Below the pieces are notes generated by a model. It did no database searches. It was not told the origin of the DNA and was given only the letters and a program-made list of their open reading frames with translations. A stretch of 64,000 bases of DNA from Mobula hypostoma (taxonomy: Eukaryota), in the NCBI RefSeq assembly GCF_963921235.1, contig NC_086108.1, forward strand, positions 102,364,001 through 102,428,000. Direction: 5' to 3'. Made by a program: the position numbers and the translations under genes. Shown piece by piece: positions 61,606 to 64,000 of the stretch. Every line of letters starts with the position of its first letter. Positions within the stretch are counted from its first letter, which is position 1.

Positions 61606-62742
61606 GTCAAAGTCAAGTCAAGTCAAATCGCTTTTTATTGTCATTTCGACCATAAACTGCCGGTACAGTACACAGTAAAAATGAAACAGCATTCCTCCAG
61701 GAAACACAAAACTACACTAGACCAAGTGAAACAACACAAGGCTACACTAGACTATATAAAACAGCACAAAAACTACATGACTACAGACCTACACAGGACT
61801 ACATAAAATGCACAAAACAGTGCAGGGCAGTACAATAAATAATAAACAAGACAATAGGCACAATAGAGGACAAATTACAATATAATAATAAATGATCTAG
61901 ATGTCAGTCTAGTCTCTGGGTATTAAGGAGTCTGATGACTTGGGGGAAGAAACTGTTACATAGTCTGGTCGTGAGAGCCCGAATGCTTCGGTACCTTTTG
62001 CCAGATGGCAGGTGGGAGAAGAGTTTGTATGAGGGGTGCGTGGGGTCCTTCACAATGCTGTTGGCTTTATGAGTGCAGTAAGTGGTGGAAATGTCTGTAA
62101 TGGCGGGAAGAGAGACCCCGATGATCTTCTCAGCTGACCTCACTATCTGCTGCAGGGTCTTGCGATCCGAGACGGTGCAATTTCCGATCCAGGCAGTGAT
62201 GCAGCTGCTCAGGATGCTCTCAATACAACCTCTGTAGAATGTGGTTACATCTCCATTTAAATGTGCAATTTCTAGTAATTTATAATAAATATTATGTACA
62301 ACAGAATAGTCAATATAACACAGAAATACAGTTGTGTCAGCATGAACTAATCAGTCTGATGGCCTGCTGGAAGAAGCTGTCCCAGAGACTGTTGGTTCTG
62401 GCTTTCATGCTGAAGTGGTAGCAGGTTGAACAGTTTGTGGTTGGGGTGACTCAGATCCCCAATGATCAGTTGGGCCCTTTTTACACACCTGCCTTTGTAA
62501 ATGTCCAGAATCGTGGGAATTTCATATCTACAGATTTGCTGGGCTGTCCACACCACTCTCTGCAGAGCCCTGCGATTGAGGGAAGTACAGTTCCCATACC
62601 AGACAATAATGCAACCAGTCAGGATGCTCTCAATTGTGCCCCTAGAGAAAGTTCTCTGGATTTGAGGGCCCACACCAAACTTCTTCAACCGTCTAAGGTG
62701 AAAGAGGCGCTGTTGTGCTTTCTTCACCACACAGCCAGTATG
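61606..62742 (-). mobile_element. Two Rex1/Babar-like LINE 3' fragments
   Basis: (aagtc)n tail; LPSGKRYRS; KKAQQRLFHLRRLKKF...IESILTGC. Confidence 0.85.
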
Positions 62743-64000
62743 CGTCATGGTCCCGATCGTTAATTCCCTATCTTTCTCCTAATTTCCTTTGATTGTGCCA
62801 TGGTTCCGACCGCTAATTTCCCATTTGCTTCTAATTCTCTTTGATGACGGCACATCTGGTTTCCATCAAGACCTGCAGGATAAGAACCCTGGTATAACAA
62901 CCACTAGCCGCCAGATCGTTGGTTTTGCCTGTGTGGTGATTAACGTTTCCCGGCCGCTTAGAACCATGTGTTCTAAGTTTTGCTCCAGTTCAGGGTTTAC
63001 CTATGAAACCCCATCTCTACGTGTCAAGGTCCTTCCTGTTTGCTGTTCAACGTTCCCGTCCGCGTAAGCATCCTAACTCAGGCTCCGTGCCTGTGTCCTG
63101 CACTTTGGTTTGCTTCATTCACTCATTGCAACAGGACGATCTGGCCACAATGGACCCAGCAGTCACGAATACCCTGCAACAAGCACTCGCTAGCCAGGGC
63201 TCCGTACTGGGTCCGCACAATCAACTTCTCTGGGATGTCATGGAGAACCTCCATTCCCTGTCTGCTAACGTAACAAAGATCGGTGACCGAGTGGACCGTG
63301 TATCCACTCATTTTACCCCATCCACTCCTGGAACTCTGTCTAACCAGCCCAGACAGCCTGTAGTGGCAACCCCCTACGTGTCAGCAACACTCCCACCAAG
63401 AGACCCGCACGTACCTGAACCAGAGCACTATGCTGGGGATTTGGGGAAGTGCTGGGCCTTCCTTCTGCAATGCTCCTTGGTATTCCACCAGCAGTCACCC
63501 ACATACTCCACAGATAAGTCAAAGATAACTTATATCATGGGGTTGTTGCGGGGAAGTGCCTTAGCGTGGGCTACAGCTGCCTGAGATAATCAACTGGAGA
63601 TCTGCTCTTCTTTCCCCACCTTTATCGCAGAAATGAGGAAGATCTTTGACCACCTCGTCCACGGTAAAAACGCCACTAAGCGTCGACTCACTCTCCGCTA
63701 GGGCTCACGCAGTGATGATGAATATTCCATGGAGTTCCGGATGTTAGCAGCCGACTCAGGGTGGAAAGACGAGGCACTCCAAGGGGTATTTCGGAATGGT
63801 CTCAGCGACATGGTGAAAGACGAGTTGGCAGCAAGAGATGACACCGACTGCCTGGATTCCCTGATCTCCCTAGCCACCAGATTGGACAATTGCCACCGGG
63901 AACGCCATAGAGGAAGAACTGGTCGTCCACCACCTTTGGCCACTCGTCAGCACTCATTACTGCCTCCCGCCAGAACAAGCCTCTCTCCTCCTTCTGCACC
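62743..64000 (+). mobile_element. Ty3/Gypsy (sushi-like) LTR retrotransposon 5' end: LTR 62743-63133, gag from 63150, runs off the window
   Basis: MDPA...PEPEHYAGD...FLLQC.LVF..Q...LLRGSALAWA...EFR.LAA.SGW..AL...F..GL...VKDELA; in-frame stops. Confidence 0.9.

Noticed and set aside
63003..63584. Domesticated PEG10/RTL-like gene
   Set aside because: It has an LTR, a PBS and in-frame stops, so it is an ordinary decayed sushi-like retrotransposon.

Overview
Repeat-dense vertebrate DNA, most likely from a cartilaginous fish (ray or shark). That assignment is inferred from HE1/V-SINE-like elements and CR1 LINEs with (TTTCTATG)n tails. The only host gene visible is the 3' part of an ODF2-family coiled-coil gene, most like ODF2L: 7 plus-strand exons from 179 to 24536, one with an apparent GC donor. 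The rest is nested mobile DNA: CR1 LINEs (one with an uninterrupted APE+RT ORF2), Rex1/Babar-like LINEs, Neptune-type Penelope elements with minimal hammerhead ribozyme motifs, an R4/Dong-like LINE relic, mariner-derived MITEs, four solo LTRs, and the 5' end of a sushi/Tf1-like Gypsy element with a self-priming PBS. The main element is a decayed class I (epsilon/gamma-like) endogenous retrovirus at about 36468-47637. It has two LTRs, a tRNA-Arg PBS, an overlapping PTAP/PPPY late domain and a gag-pro deletion. Its Env TM subunit has an ASLV/filovirus-style Cys-bounded internal fusion loop but lacks the third Cys of CX6CC. Two related 51-bp satellite arrays carry a CTCF-like motif in every full unit. 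All calls were made by eye, and boundaries of old repeats are approximate.
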